Source: Colwellia sp. (GTDB lineage: Bacteria > Pseudomonadota > Gammaproteobacteria > Enterobacterales > Alteromonadaceae). From it: a DNA stretch of 64,000 nt. Both the position numbers and the translations under genes were made by a program. Under the pieces are notes generated by a model, which was not told where the DNA came from, ran no database searches, and saw nothing but the letters and a program-made list of their open reading frames with translations. The DNA lies in assembly GCA_029938115.1 (NCBI GenBank), contig JAPYOP010000004.1, forward strand, positions 72,752-136,751, in the 5' to 3' direction. This document shows, in pieces, positions 21,294-32,147 of the stretch (positions are counted from its first letter, which is position 1; the number at the start of each line of letters is the position of its first letter).

Positions 21294-22028
21294 ATGAATA
21301 ATCAATCTTTATATATTCTAGTCGTTGAAGATCAGCAAAGTATCGCTCAAAATATTGCCGACTATATGGAGGGGAAAGGTCACGTATTAGATTTTGCTAC
21401 CCAAGGTGACCAAGGGTTAGCGCTGGCATTAGCCAACCACTATGATTTAGTCATTCTCGATTTAAATTTACCCGTAATGGATGGGCTTGAGGTTTGCAAA
21501 CAATTACGAGAACAAGCTAATCATCACGTGCCTATTATCATGCTGACAGCAAGAGACAGTGTCGATGATAAAATATCGGGTTTTACGCAAGGGGCAGATG
21601 ATTATTTAACCAAACCCTTTTCTTTAGATGAACTGGAAGTGCGCTGCTTCGCTTTATCAAGACGCCATTTATTACAAACCAATCATACCTTAACCTTTGA
21701 TCAGCTAATCATTGATAGAAAAAAACAACAAGTAACACGTGCAGGAACCCCCCTTGAGTTACATAGTATGGGCTACCGTATTCTTGTCATTTTAGCCCAA
21801 GCATATCCTCAAGTGGTTAGCCGTTCAAAGTTATCCCAAAAACTATGGGGAGATGAGCCAACAGAATCAGATGCTCTTAGATCTCACATCTATCAATTAC
21901 GAAATATTTTAGATAAGCCTTTTGATTATCCAATGATAAAAACCATGCATGGTATTGGCTTCCTATTACATGTAAAAAATGATGTAGAAAGCAATGTAAT
22001 AAACGGTGAAAAAAACGATGAAAAATAA
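21294..22028 (+). CDS. OmpR-family response regulator, ColR-like
   Basis: REC + winged helix. LWGDE..SDALRSHIYQLR..LDKPF.YPMIKTMHGIG closely resembles the Pseudomonas ColR C-terminus. Confidence 0.88.
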   Translation: MNNQSLYILVVEDQQSIAQNIADYMEGKGHVLDFATQGDQGLALALANHYDLVILDLNLPVMDGLEVCKQLREQANHHVPIIMLTARDSVDDKISGFTQGADDYLTKPFSLDELEVRCFALSRRHLLQTNHTLTFDQLIIDRKKQQVTRAGTPLELHSMGYRILVILAQAYPQVVSRSKLSQKLWGDEPTESDALRSHIYQLRNILDKPFDYPMIKTMHGIGFLLHVKNDVESNVINGEKNDEK

Positions 22029-23331
22029 CAACAGCAACAATCATAATCAAGCACATACGGATAAACAAACACAGGCAATTAAGTTTCACAGCTTGAGCAG
22101 GAAAATCATCAGCCAATTCTGTTTATTTACCCTGTTAGTCTCTACGGTTTGGGGCATGCTTTGCTTCATATTAATGTATAACATTGAAGATGAATTTATT
22201 GAAAGGGAAGTCAGACAAGAAGCACTATATTTACAACAAAATTTTGACCAAAACAAGCAATGGTCAGCCTCTCGCGTCAGTTATATGAAGTTATATTTTT
22301 CAAAAAACACCTTACCTGATGATATTAAGCAGCAATATATTATCGAGCCCCGCAGAAAAGAGTTTTCAGGAAATAACGGCCGCCATTATCACTTATTAGC
22401 CTTACCAAAATCAGAAAACATTTACCTTGTAGCAGAAGTCAGTGAAATGTTGTTAGTTCGTCCTATTACTGAGGGTATATTAAAATTCATGCTGACTTCA
22501 GGTTTAATATTAGTACTACTTGCCTTTGTTATCGCGTGGCAACTCGGCAGAAAAACCGCTATGCCATTGAAGCAGCTTGCCGATTTAGTTAACGGTGTTG
22601 CCCCTGAAAATATCCCCGATAAGTTTGCTAAGCAATTCCCAAATAATGAAATTGGAGTTTTAGCGCAAACCTTAGAAAGCGCCATGACCAGAATTAACCA
22701 AAGCTTGCTCAGAGAAAAATGTTTTACGCGTGATGTCAGTCATGAACTTAGAACACCTGTCGCTATTATTAAAAATGCCGTCGAGGTGTATCGTAATCAA
22801 CATTCAACAGATGAAGACAATCCAGTTATAAATCGTATATCTCAAGCAAGTACACAAATGGAGCAAACAGTTACCACACTGTTAACCCTCGCAAGGGAAG
22901 AACATACCGAAGCAGACAAAAGAAACATTAAAATACTGCCATTAATTGAACAATCTATTATTGACCAGAATCACCTCATCAATAACAAACCAATACAAGT
23001 TGAAGTAAACGACAATTGTAATGTAGAAGTCTATGCACAGTCAGGTATGTTGACGGTATTATTAGACAATTTAATCGGCAATGCTTTTCAATATACGCAA
23101 GCAGGCAAGGTAACCATTGAAATGCAAAATAAAACACTTATTGTTACTGATACCGGCCCTGGCATTGAACCTAGCATTTCAGATAAAATAACTGAACCTG
23201 CCGTTAAAGGTGACCAAAGCACGGGTTATGGTTTCGGTTTATCGATTGTAAAACGTTTATGTGAACATCAAGGCTGGCTATTAACATTTTCAAGTGAGCA
23301 AGGAACCAAAATTTCTATTTCGCTGAAATAA
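22006..23331 (+). CDS. HAMP sensor histidine kinase, ColS-like
   Basis: Two TMs, HAMP, FTRDVSHELRTP, NLIGNA, DTGPG, GFGLSIV. Overlaps the regulator. Confidence 0.88.
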   Translation: MKKTMKNNNSNNHNQAHTDKQTQAIKFHSLSRKIISQFCLFTLLVSTVWGMLCFILMYNIEDEFIEREVRQEALYLQQNFDQNKQWSASRVSYMKLYFSKNTLPDDIKQQYIIEPRRKEFSGNNGRHYHLLALPKSENIYLVAEVSEMLLVRPITEGILKFMLTSGLILVLLAFVIAWQLGRKTAMPLKQLADLVNGVAPENIPDKFAKQFPNNEIGVLAQTLESAMTRINQSLLREKCFTRDVSHELRTPVAIIKNAVEVYRNQHSTDEDNPVINRISQASTQMEQTVTTLLTLAREEHTEADKRNIKILPLIEQSIIDQNHLINNKPIQVEVNDNCNVEVYAQSGMLTVLLDNLIGNAFQYTQAGKVTIEMQNKTLIVTDTGPGIEPSISDKITEPAVKGDQSTGYGFGLSIVKRLCEHQGWLLTFSSEQGTKISISLK

Positions 23332-23371
23332 TCGCTTAACTGTAGTAATACCAATATCACTAATTAAGTGA

Positions 23372-23414
23372 TTTACCCTTTGATAAATCTCATCAAGAGT
23401 CATCAAAGGGTAAA
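23372..23414. terminator. Bidirectional hairpin between convergent genes
   Basis: 13-bp inverted repeat TTTACCCTTTGAT ... ATCAAAGGGTAAA. Confidence 0.7.
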
Positions 23415-23435
23415 AATAACTATCAATAGTTAAAA

Positions 23436-24161
23436 CTATTGTGCCTGTTTGCCTTGATAGTGATAATCTGAAAAAGTATCAAGGGAGGTTTCATTAATTT
23501 CAGTAAAATAAGCAAAACTCCCTTTCATATTCATTTTATTTTGCTTGGTTAGTACCGCGCCATTAATATGTAAAAACGTAAATGTTATCGCTAAATCAGT
23601 AATTTTGGCGGTAAACATGGGGGAAAAATCTGAATTATTCCAAATCGATATTTTTTCAATAAATTGGTACTCTTTTTGATAGGTTAACTGTCCTTGAAGT
23701 TTACCGATAGCATCTTCACCCAATTTCTTTAAGTTAACGTTAAATGCCATCACAATGTTTTTTTCATCAGTAGAAACTAAAGACAAGCTTTCTTGATTAA
23801 TAAGCGCACGTAACTTGAGTTGTATATGATTGCCTGGCTTCGCTTTACTGGTTTGCTCTTGCTTCTTTTTCACAAAGTTCTTAATCTGCTTTTTTGTCGG
23901 TAATTGACCATTAATTTCTTTAAGGAGCCATTGTTCATTGGCTTGTGGGGAATATTGTTCAATACTACTTGTTATGTCACCTTCCTCGTTTTCATAGCGA
24001 GAAATGTTATAAGACCAAAGCTCTCTTTGTGTCTGTTCAACTTTTATAATGGCGCGATTCACTTTTTCCTTAAGCGATACGAACTCTTCAGTAGTGTTTT
24101 CTGCTGCAATGATATTAAAAACAGAACCAAAGCAAATCAGTAATAAGCAAGTATTCTTCAT
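23436..24161 (-). CDS. Exported hypothetical protein
   Basis: 241-aa ORF with signal peptide, beta-rich, preceded by a TTCAC-N6-TTCAC box. Confidence 0.75.
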   Translation of the reverse strand: MKNTCLLLICFGSVFNIIAAENTTEEFVSLKEKVNRAIIKVEQTQRELWSYNISRYENEEGDITSSIEQYSPQANEQWLLKEINGQLPTKKQIKNFVKKKQEQTSKAKPGNHIQLKLRALINQESLSLVSTDEKNIVMAFNVNLKKLGEDAIGKLQGQLTYQKEYQFIEKISIWNNSDFSPMFTAKITDLAITFTFLHINGAVLTKQNKMNMKGSFAYFTEINETSLDTFSDYHYQGKQAQ

Positions 24162-24190
24162 GTTGTTGCCTTTTGGGATATTAAAAGCAA

Positions 24191-24223
24191 ACTGTATTCG
24201 TTTTTATGTGAAATGAAGGTGAA
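24191..24223 (-). promoter_or_regulatory. OmpR-family box TTCAC-N6-TTCAC plus -10 TACAGT
   Basis: Minus strand TTCAC-CTTCAT-TTCAC (24223-24208), then 11 nt, then TACAGT. Box ends 47 nt before the ATG at 24161. Confidence 0.75.
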
Positions 24224-24316
24224 ATCTACTAGCGTTGTTATATAAAGTTCACGGAGTGAAAGGCATTGACCTTTATATTTTGGGAAGTGTTATGTCTGCT
24301 GTGCGCATTACGGTAA

Positions 24317-24679
24317 TTACAGCCAGAAAAGAGCATCATCCCTCTTAGTAAATACTTGAATATTCAATACGGCAGAGCTTGGAATGTTAGCCGCAAAATC
24401 AGCACTAAGTTTTGCCCCTTTATTTGGCGCATACACAGCTATTTTATCAATAGCTGATAATGTTCCAAACTTTATCAAGGCATCTAATTGAGTTGAATAG
24501 GAATTAGTTTTATTGATTAGTAATGAAAATGAATTAGTAAAAATGGATAATAAATAATTATGGATTTCATCAACCATTTCAATGCTGATATCAACACCTT
24601 CATCTATCATTATTTCAGCAATATTAGCCTGTATAATATTGATTTTTCCAAATGATAATTTTTGTAATTCCATGTTCAA
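24317..24679 (-). CDS. Small hypothetical protein, possibly SpoIIAA/STAS-SEC14-like
   Basis: 120 aa, ends ..IQVFTKRDDALFWL, typical of the F.....A..WL SpoIIAA-like tail. Confidence 0.55.
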   Translation of the reverse strand: MNMELQKLSFGKINIIQANIAEIMIDEGVDISIEMVDEIHNYLLSIFTNSFSLLINKTNSYSTQLDALIKFGTLSAIDKIAVYAPNKGAKLSADFAANIPSSAVLNIQVFTKRDDALFWL

Positions 24680-25000
24680 TATATTCCTGACAATGTTATG
24701 AACGATGAAATTTTAAAGACGTACTGTAAATAAAGCATTCTTCCCCATCATTATTCGAACTGTTACCCATATAATACATTATTTTTTTTAGGGTTATTAT
24801 AATAATAATAGGTAAAACCATAGGAAATAATACGCTTTATTCAATTTAATCTGTTTTCTACCGCCCCTCTTTTAAACATTAAATTAAAATCATCAATCTG
24901 TAGGCTCACCCCCTTAATGAAAAACGGCATAAAGAAGGCTTTAAGATTAGTCGTGACAAAGCAATTTACTTGATTGATAAGCTTGTTCATAAAAGGCAAA

Positions 25001-26113
25001 CTACAATGAAGAAAGGTTCATCAAGCTTTTAACTGATTTTTCCAGTTCAGCTTTGTTTTCCAAATGAGTCAGAATTTTATTATTGCTGCTTTCAAGGATA
25101 TTAATTATTCGACTTTCCTGATCTTCTTCTAAGCCCATACTTGGCAAAGCTTCCTCTATAAGTAACAGTTGTTCAACGCATATTTGACTACTTTTTAAAT
25201 AGTAATCTTCGAAAATGAAACTCAGATTCTTTAACTCTAGCGCCATTTTTTGCAAGCTAATAGCGCGTCTATCTTGTCTTTCCTGATGTTCTTTTATAAG
25301 AATAATCTGAGCCACTCGATTATTTGCCGCTTGAACAATTACACATAAATGGTCTTTCAATCGTCCGGTTAAGTCAGGGTTATCAATAGGCATATTTTTA
25401 ATAAAAAGTGATATCGCAGGGTAGTTAACTATGCACCTTTGATTAAATTCCATAATTCTCCCCATATCCCTTAACTGATAGAATAATTTTTCTTCTAGCT
25501 GGGAAACATAGCTTGAACCAGAAATGTTGTGCTCTGTTTCGTTATCACGAATTTGCACCACGATATTAAGTCCATATTCTTGACAAGCATCGATGACCGT
25601 TTGTGCTAATGCCTTTTGTGTTGTCGTTTGACTAGAGTTTTCGATGAACTGAACTATGATGCCAAGTTCACTGGATGTTGCCATTGCCGACATGGCCGTT
25701 TTCATTGCCATTTTAGAGTTATCTTCCAACTCTTGGTTCTTTTTTTGATTAGATAAGGTCAGGCTAAGCTTTACTTTTAATTCATTGGCATTAAACGGCT
25801 TCGAAATATAATCATCGCCACCGGCTTCAAAACCTGTCAGCCTTTCTTCGCTCGTTGAACGAGCTGAAACAAATATAACGGGGATAGCTGAAATATTTTC
25901 ATTAGCCTTAATTTGTTTGCATACTTCATAGCCATCCATACCTGGCATACTGACATCTAACAAGACAACATGAGGCATCACATTTTCTATATTGGCTAAA
26001 CATTCCTGCCCCGATTCAAAAATAGACAACTCATATTCATCTTGTAAATGTAACTCCATGATCTCACAATTGACGACTTCGTCATCTACAACCATTACGC
26101 GATGTTTATTCAT
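25001..26113 (-). CDS. Response regulator (REC + uncharacterised C-terminal region)
   Basis: [28 protein letters not shown]. No recognisable DNA-binding output domain. Confidence 0.85.
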   Translation of the reverse strand: MNKHRVMVVDDEVVNCEIMELHLQDEYELSIFESGQECLANIENVMPHVVLLDVSMPGMDGYEVCKQIKANENISAIPVIFVSARSTSEERLTGFEAGGDDYISKPFNANELKVKLSLTLSNQKKNQELEDNSKMAMKTAMSAMATSSELGIIVQFIENSSQTTTQKALAQTVIDACQEYGLNIVVQIRDNETEHNISGSSYVSQLEEKLFYQLRDMGRIMEFNQRCIVNYPAISLFIKNMPIDNPDLTGRLKDHLCVIVQAANNRVAQIILIKEHQERQDRRAISLQKMALELKNLSFIFEDYYLKSSQICVEQLLLIEEALPSMGLEEDQESRIINILESSNNKILTHLENKAELEKSVKSLMNLSSL

Positions 26114-27453
26114 GATATGTTCCTTTCTTGTTGAATCAACTGCCGTCGGGGTAAAATTATAGTGAATGTTGTGCCTATATCCGCATTTCGGCTAGCGAAA
26201 ATCTTTCCTCTATGTAGTTGAACAATTTCTTTGCAAATAGCCAGTCCCAGCCCTGTTCCTCCTGCCCCTGTGTTAGTCGTGCTACTTTGTTTAAATTTAT
26301 CAAAAACCGATTCAAGTTCATTTTCAGGAATGCCAACACCTTGGTCGGTCAGTGAATATTTAAGTGCTGGTACTTCTTTGCCATCAAGGTCAATGGTAGT
26401 TCTACTTAACTGAAAGCATAGCGATGAGTTTTCTGGACTATATTTAATCGCATTTAAAATGACATTTTTGAACACACGAAAAATCATGTCCCCATTGGCC
26501 TCAACAGCGCCGAAGCCTTCAGGTCGCTCAATCATGCTAAAAATGTCTTTTGATTGCACATTTTCACAAACAGGAATAAGGATGTGTTCGCCCCTATACA
26601 TGAAGTAAATTGAGATATTACGACGAATTATAAGTGCGCTATAGGCAGTGAGTACATCGGTTCCTATAAGAAATAAATCCTGAACTTCCATATCAGGCTG
26701 TAAGTTATCTTGTTCTAATTTTGACAAATCTAGAAGCTGGTTAAGTAAAACCAGTAATCGCTCAGCACTTTGGTTTATCCGGTTAAAGTAATGTAGCAGC
26801 TTGCTTCGCTCTCCTGTTTCTGCTTGTTGGGCTCCAAATTCAGCAAAACTCAAAATACCGTGCATTGGTGTACGTAACTCGTGGGATATATTGGCCAAAA
26901 ATTCTGACTTCGCTCTATTGGCCTGCTCAGCCATTTCCTTAGCCGCTTTTAGATCACTTGTTCTTGAATCAACAATTTCTTCTAGGTCATCTTGTCGTAT
27001 CATGAGTTTAGCGGTTAAAGATTTTAACTCTTGCAGTAATTGTTCATTTTGCAGTTGAATATTGACATTATTGACTGCGCGATCCAGAGCGTTCTTCAAA
27101 ATGAACTTGTTAAAAGGTTTCTCAATATAGTCGTTTGCACCTTCTTTCAGTGCGGATATTGCATTTTCTTTTGTGCCTTTTCCAGTGATCAGAATACTAT
27201 AAAGGCAATTAGTAATTTTATGAGCTTCGGCAATGAGTTCTATACCTGACATACCGTCCATATTTAAGTCAGTAATTAATATTTGAAACGCCTGTGTTTT
27301 AATTTTAACAAGTGCAGAGATAGGATTATTGCATGTTTCAAAAACATACTCGTCGTTGATAAGAGACGATATAATTTTCAATTGGGTTCGACTATCGTCA
27401 ACCACTAATATTCTGTTTTTTGCTATTTCAACGCTACTCATGATGATGTACAA
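26110..27453 (-). CDS. REC-HisKA-HATPase hybrid histidine kinase
   Basis: Receiver, [28 protein letters not shown]. Overlaps the downstream regulator. Confidence 0.9.
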   Translation of the reverse strand: MYIIMSSVEIAKNRILVVDDSRTQLKIISSLINDEYVFETCNNPISALVKIKTQAFQILITDLNMDGMSGIELIAEAHKITNCLYSILITGKGTKENAISALKEGANDYIEKPFNKFILKNALDRAVNNVNIQLQNEQLLQELKSLTAKLMIRQDDLEEIVDSRTSDLKAAKEMAEQANRAKSEFLANISHELRTPMHGILSFAEFGAQQAETGERSKLLHYFNRINQSAERLLVLLNQLLDLSKLEQDNLQPDMEVQDLFLIGTDVLTAYSALIIRRNISIYFMYRGEHILIPVCENVQSKDIFSMIERPEGFGAVEANGDMIFRVFKNVILNAIKYSPENSSLCFQLSRTTIDLDGKEVPALKYSLTDQGVGIPENELESVFDKFKQSSTTNTGAGGTGLGLAICKEIVQLHRGKIFASRNADIGTTFTIILPRRQLIQQERNIS

Positions 27454-27886
27454 AACAGGAAGATAAGGTTAACCAAGCATAGTACAATTTGAAGAATGTC
27501 ACGGTATTGAAATCCGTTATTTTTAGTGACGGTGATAATGTTCGTTAGGTAATCAACCGTGAAAACATACCGTTTTAGACTATTATTAATTAATAGATAG
27601 TTTTAGATGAATGATGATTAAATTTTGGTTTTACTGATGAATTAAACAAAGAGAAAGATCTTTGTGATAGCCCATAGATAAGTATTAGCACTTATTCGTT
27701 TTAGGTGTATTTGATGCACTTGTTAATAAACGATGTACAAACCAGCTTGGTCAATTAGCTGAATTAGTGTTAAACACCAAAGTGAGCTGATGACAAGACA
27801 AGAGAAGACAAGATAAGTACACTAATTAGTGCATTGATTAGTACATTAATATTGATATATTAAAATTACTATTAAGCGGAGCAATC

Positions 27887-30238
27887 ATGTTTATAAAAAT
27901 TATAATTATACGCCTATTAACTATTTTATTGAGCCTGCTGGTATCTACTTATCCTTATGCAAATGATGAGTTATTTGAAGAAAGCATGTCGAGTTTATTT
28001 AGTTTGTCACTAAAAGAGTTATCACAGGTTACCGTTAGTACTAGTGGCCTTACCGAAAATACCATTAGCCAATCTCCCTCAACGATCACTATTATTAACC
28101 AACAACAAATCGATCGAAGTCCCGCTAGAAATATTCGCGACTTGCTTGAAATCTATGTGCCGGGTTTAATGTTCTTCGATGACTCAACAAGTGGTGGTAA
28201 TATTCGCATTCGTGGGCTTGGCGAGCGAAATTACACTACGCTGTTACTCATCAATAGCAGACCAGTTAATCAAAAGTCTTACCGGGGCTCACTTTCAGTA
28301 CTAAATAACTGGGACATGCAGGATATAGAAAGAATTGAAGTTGCCAGAGGGCCTGGTTCAGTAACTCATGGTCCAGGTGCTATCTCGGGTGTTATCAATA
28401 TTGTTACTAAAAAAGCAGGCACTTATGATGGTGTAACTTTAGGAGCAACATATAACGCGGATTACCAAAGCAAAGGCGCTTATATAGATGTTGGCCATGT
28501 CGGTGAAAATGTACAATGGCGAACTCACGTCAGCATGGTGCGTACCAAAGGATATGAAAACCTTCAAATATATCAATTTTCTAATAATGGTGAACATGGT
28601 TACAAAGGCGATGTCGAGGCTTTTAGTGGTTCAGACGGGAACACTGTAGCTAATTTTTACAGCGATACCGACGATAAAGCGCAAGTCAAAATCTCCGTTG
28701 ATATGGCATTATATGATAATTGGCATTTATTAACGCGTTATAGCTCATCGGGAAATGTTGGTACAGTGACAAATAAAGATTATTTAAATGGCGAGCAAGC
28801 AACTCACGAATTTCGTGAAGAGCTGTTCTTAATTAACCTTGACAATAACTATCAGATAAATAATCAATGGCAATTAAAGAGTTTACTAAGCTTCGACTCC
28901 GTTAATTACTTCACCACTAACGCCAAACAAATAGACCTCGATCACAACGCTATTTTAAATAAAACAAAAAACTATGCAGAAAACGAATGGTTTGCCCGTT
29001 CTTTACTCACTTATAGTTGGAATGAAGATGACTCTTTTACCGCCGGTATTGAATACTCCCATGATTATTTAACCAAACCCTGGCGGGAATCGGCGAACAC
29101 ATTTCGCGCTGGTTCTAGCAGGCGCAATTTTATTTCTGAAGATTCATTATATCGTGGTGATGGCAGTAACGGTACTATCAAAGATTCCAGAGTCGTTGAA
29201 TATACCGATGGTTGGTCGGCTAACACTTATTCAGTTATGGCTGAGTTAAAATATCATTTACTGCCCGAGGTTCAAGCATTACTTTCGGCTAGAATAGATA
29301 AAAATGACTTTACCGCCAGCATGTTTTCCCCTCGCATAGCCGTAGTTGCCAACATTGACGAACACAACATTATAAAAGCGAGTTGGCAACAATCTTTACG
29401 CATGAATACCATGACGGATCTTTATATAGAAGAACTTGAAGGCAATCAAAACGATCCTGAAGAAATCAATGCAGTTGAACTTACCTATCACCATATTTTT
29501 AATTCGCAACTGTACACAAACCTAACTTTTTATACTTACGATGCAGAAATTATTGCTTGGAGTGGCGATAAGTCAGAACTAGTTGGTGAACAAAAAGCCA
29601 GTGGTTTAGAATTGGAACTTACCTATCAAGCTAACGATTTCACTTTCGGTATAAATCATTCCTATCAAAAGCTTAATGATTGGGACTTTGTTGCCAAGGA
29701 AGATAACGGTTCAAAATCTCAAAAAACTAGCCTCTCGGATTTTTTTCTCCATAGAGGTTTTTTAACCTTCAACAGCACCGGCAATAGCCTCATATTTTGG
29801 TCCGACAATACCACTAAACTATGGTCAGATATCCGTTTGGGTGATGAGTTGATTTTGCATTTCGATGCCAGAGTCATGTGGGAATTAGAGTATGGTAATG
29901 ATTTATATACTATGTATGACAATGCTTATGCCTCGGTAGATACAAACGCTTTATCCCCTGGCGATTTGGAAAATCATTCTGATGGATTGTACAACTTGGG
30001 TGAATATCAAAGGACCGTTGATGAGAAAGGGGCATTTGGACGCTCGGTACACATTAATGCCTCTTTGATTTGGGAAGTACCTTACTTCAATAACACTAAA
30101 CTTAGTCTTTACGTGCAGAACCTTATTAACCTTGATGATAATAAACGGCAAAAATCAATAAACTATGGTTTTGTTCCGATAAGTAGCTGGTTGGAAGAGC
30201 CCCGTGCTTTCTGGCTGACATTGGAAGTTGAGCTTTAG
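27887..30238 (+). CDS. TonB-dependent receptor
   Basis: Plug motifs (SPSTITII, IRIRG, IERIEVARGPGS..G..AISGVINIVTK) and a beta-barrel with FSPRI. Confidence 0.88.
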   Translation: MFIKIIIIRLLTILLSLLVSTYPYANDELFEESMSSLFSLSLKELSQVTVSTSGLTENTISQSPSTITIINQQQIDRSPARNIRDLLEIYVPGLMFFDDSTSGGNIRIRGLGERNYTTLLLINSRPVNQKSYRGSLSVLNNWDMQDIERIEVARGPGSVTHGPGAISGVINIVTKKAGTYDGVTLGATYNADYQSKGAYIDVGHVGENVQWRTHVSMVRTKGYENLQIYQFSNNGEHGYKGDVEAFSGSDGNTVANFYSDTDDKAQVKISVDMALYDNWHLLTRYSSSGNVGTVTNKDYLNGEQATHEFREELFLINLDNNYQINNQWQLKSLLSFDSVNYFTTNAKQIDLDHNAILNKTKNYAENEWFARSLLTYSWNEDDSFTAGIEYSHDYLTKPWRESANTFRAGSSRRNFISEDSLYRGDGSNGTIKDSRVVEYTDGWSANTYSVMAELKYHLLPEVQALLSARIDKNDFTASMFSPRIAVVANIDEHNIIKASWQQSLRMNTMTDLYIEELEGNQNDPEEINAVELTYHHIFNSQLYTNLTFYTYDAEIIAWSGDKSELVGEQKASGLELELTYQANDFTFGINHSYQKLNDWDFVAKEDNGSKSQKTSLSDFFLHRGFLTFNSTGNSLIFWSDNTTKLWSDIRLGDELILHFDARVMWELEYGNDLYTMYDNAYASVDTNALSPGDLENHSDGLYNLGEYQRTVDEKGAFGRSVHINASLIWEVPYFNNTKLSLYVQNLINLDDNKRQKSINYGFVPISSWLEEPRAFWLTLEVEL

Positions 30239-30386
30239 CTTAACGTACACCCACTATATTAATTCAACTGTAATAAGTATTATCCAGCCATCGGCGGAAA
30301 TTGAACTCAATTATAACTCACTTCCGCACCGCACCGCACTTAAATAATGCTACTTTCTGTAACTCTATTCACTATTATTTCTGAAT

Positions 30387-30462
30387 AATGTTGAACGTAT
30401 CCATAATTCAGAACAAATTTATCGCCAGTTAGCAATGCGCTCTAATACTCTGTCGGTGCTAC
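30387..30462 (-). pseudogene. Decayed internal fragment of rimO
   Basis: 62/76 nt identical, ungapped, to 59835-59910 (my count). Translates [23 protein letters not shown] versus Rim[25 protein letters not shown]. Confidence 0.85.
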
Positions 30463-30620
30463 TGAACAGTTGACTGTCAGCTAATAAACATCGAGTTAAT
30501 CATCAGTTCAAAGTCGCAATATTATCCTTTAGTTCAACCAATGCAGGCCGCACATTGGTAGCCCCCTTGTTGGCGCTTCACACCACAAACGATTAATCTC
30601 TTTTACTCTCTCTTTATATT

Positions 30621-30661
30621 ACTTAAATGCAAATGATAGTAGTTATCATTTGCATTTAAGT
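30621..30661. promoter_or_regulatory. Fur box inside a 41-bp palindrome
   Basis: ACTTAAATGCAAATGATA-gtagt-TATCATTTGCATTTAAGT. Core AATGATAGTAGTTATCATT fits the Fur consensus. Lies 70 nt upstream of tonB. Confidence 0.85.
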
Positions 30662-30731
30662 TCGCATCTACTTATACTGCATACATAAAATTACATGACC
30701 TGAATTTCACCCTCCCCTTGACTGAGAGATT

Positions 30732-31484
30732 ATGAAAGAACATTCACGCTTAATAATATCTTTTACCCTGACCATTTTAATGCATGCGGGTTTTATCTTT
30801 TATGTTGCTCAATCTGCAGCTATCATGCCGTCAAACGAAACATCGAGAGCCATGAAATTCAACCTTATTACTGTAAGTAAACCACAAGAAGCTGAGCAGA
30901 AAGAGAATCAGCACAGCGCCTCGCCACAGCCATCAAAAGACGTTAACTTGGCAAGTAAACCTCCTATTATTCAAACGAAGACAGCTGTAAACAAAGTGAT
31001 AAAAAAAGTACATGTTGAAAAAGAAACGCTCGTTAATAAAGAGCTAGTGCTGACAAAAGAACACGCTATCGCAAGCAATAATGACAATGAAAGAAAAGTA
31101 GAGCCTTCGCCAATTAAAACAGCAACCGCAAGTAGCCAATCGCAAGAAAAACCGGTGAAAAATTTCTCGGTTGCTCGTCAAGAAGATAACACTCTCGTAC
31201 AACAAGCTCGATTTAAAAGCCTGCCGCCAGCGCCAAGCTACCCAAGGCGAGCAAGATTACGTGGCCAACAAGGTACCGCCTTGATACATGCTCAATTAAA
31301 TATCACCGGCGAGGTGATAAAAACACGTTTAGCAAAATCTTCAGGGTTTTCCTTATTGGATAAAGCAGCAATTAAGGCGGTTTATCTTTGGGATTTTATG
31401 CCCGGTGCTACCGAACTAGGTCGTGTTCAAGTGTGGGTTGAAATCCCAGTACAATTTGTCTTGCAGCCAGTGAAGTTAGGGTAG
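30732..31484 (+). CDS. tonB: TonB energy transducer
   Basis: N-terminal TM with SxxxxxxxH, C-terminal YPRRARLRGQQG..SSGFSLLDKAA..W.F.P domain. Confidence 0.9.
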   Translation: MKEHSRLIISFTLTILMHAGFIFYVAQSAAIMPSNETSRAMKFNLITVSKPQEAEQKENQHSASPQPSKDVNLASKPPIIQTKTAVNKVIKKVHVEKETLVNKELVLTKEHAIASNNDNERKVEPSPIKTATASSQSQEKPVKNFSVARQEDNTLVQQARFKSLPPAPSYPRRARLRGQQGTALIHAQLNITGEVIKTRLAKSSGFSLLDKAAIKAVYLWDFMPGATELGRVQVWVEIPVQFVLQPVKLG

Positions 31485-31487
31485 TTT

Positions 31488-32147
31488 ATGTCACTTTCAT
31501 TTATGGCTTTCGGACCGATTGCCTACCCGCTAATAATATGCTCTTTTCTTGGTTTGATATTGATCACAGAACGCTTGATTTATTTTGTTCTGTGGCACTC
31601 TAGCGGCAATGCCAAACAAGTATTAAAGCAAGTACGCTCAATAAATTTTGGTGTTACACAAGCAAGCACTTTAGTTGAACAAAACCGTTTAGTTAAAAGC
31701 ACTCGACTGCTGTTACATCATGGTGGAAAAAGCCGTGAGTTACGTGAAGAAATGGTTAATCATTGGCTAACTAAAGAGCGAAATCAATTATTCAAACACT
31801 TCGGCTGGTTAACCTTATTGGCCGTTATCAGCCCAATGTTAGGTTTATTAGGTACTGTATTAGGCATTATTAAAGTATTCGCCGCCATTGCCAGTCATAC
31901 CGGTCAGGTATATCCGGCTTTATTAGCCGATGGTCTTGGACAGGCGATGTTAACCACAGCAGCTGGCTTGGCAATTGCTATCCCAGTATTAATTACTATG
32001 CATGCTCTACGGATATGGGCAAACAGTCGATTAACCCTATTAGCTGAAACCTTAAATGAAGTTAATTTATTACTTGAAGGCATAGACATCCAAGAGATAA
32101 ATAGTCTCAAGGCTCAGCATAAACCTGCTCAGGTAAATACGACATGA
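31488..32147 (+). CDS. exbB: MotA/TolQ/ExbB proton channel
   Basis: SPMLGLLGTVLGIIKVF, AMLTTAAGLAIAIP. Confidence 0.9.
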   Translation: MSLSFMAFGPIAYPLIICSFLGLILITERLIYFVLWHSSGNAKQVLKQVRSINFGVTQASTLVEQNRLVKSTRLLLHHGGKSRELREEMVNHWLTKERNQLFKHFGWLTLLAVISPMLGLLGTVLGIIKVFAAIASHTGQVYPALLADGLGQAMLTTAAGLAIAIPVLITMHALRIWANSRLTLLAETLNEVNLLLEGIDIQEINSLKAQHKPAQVNTT

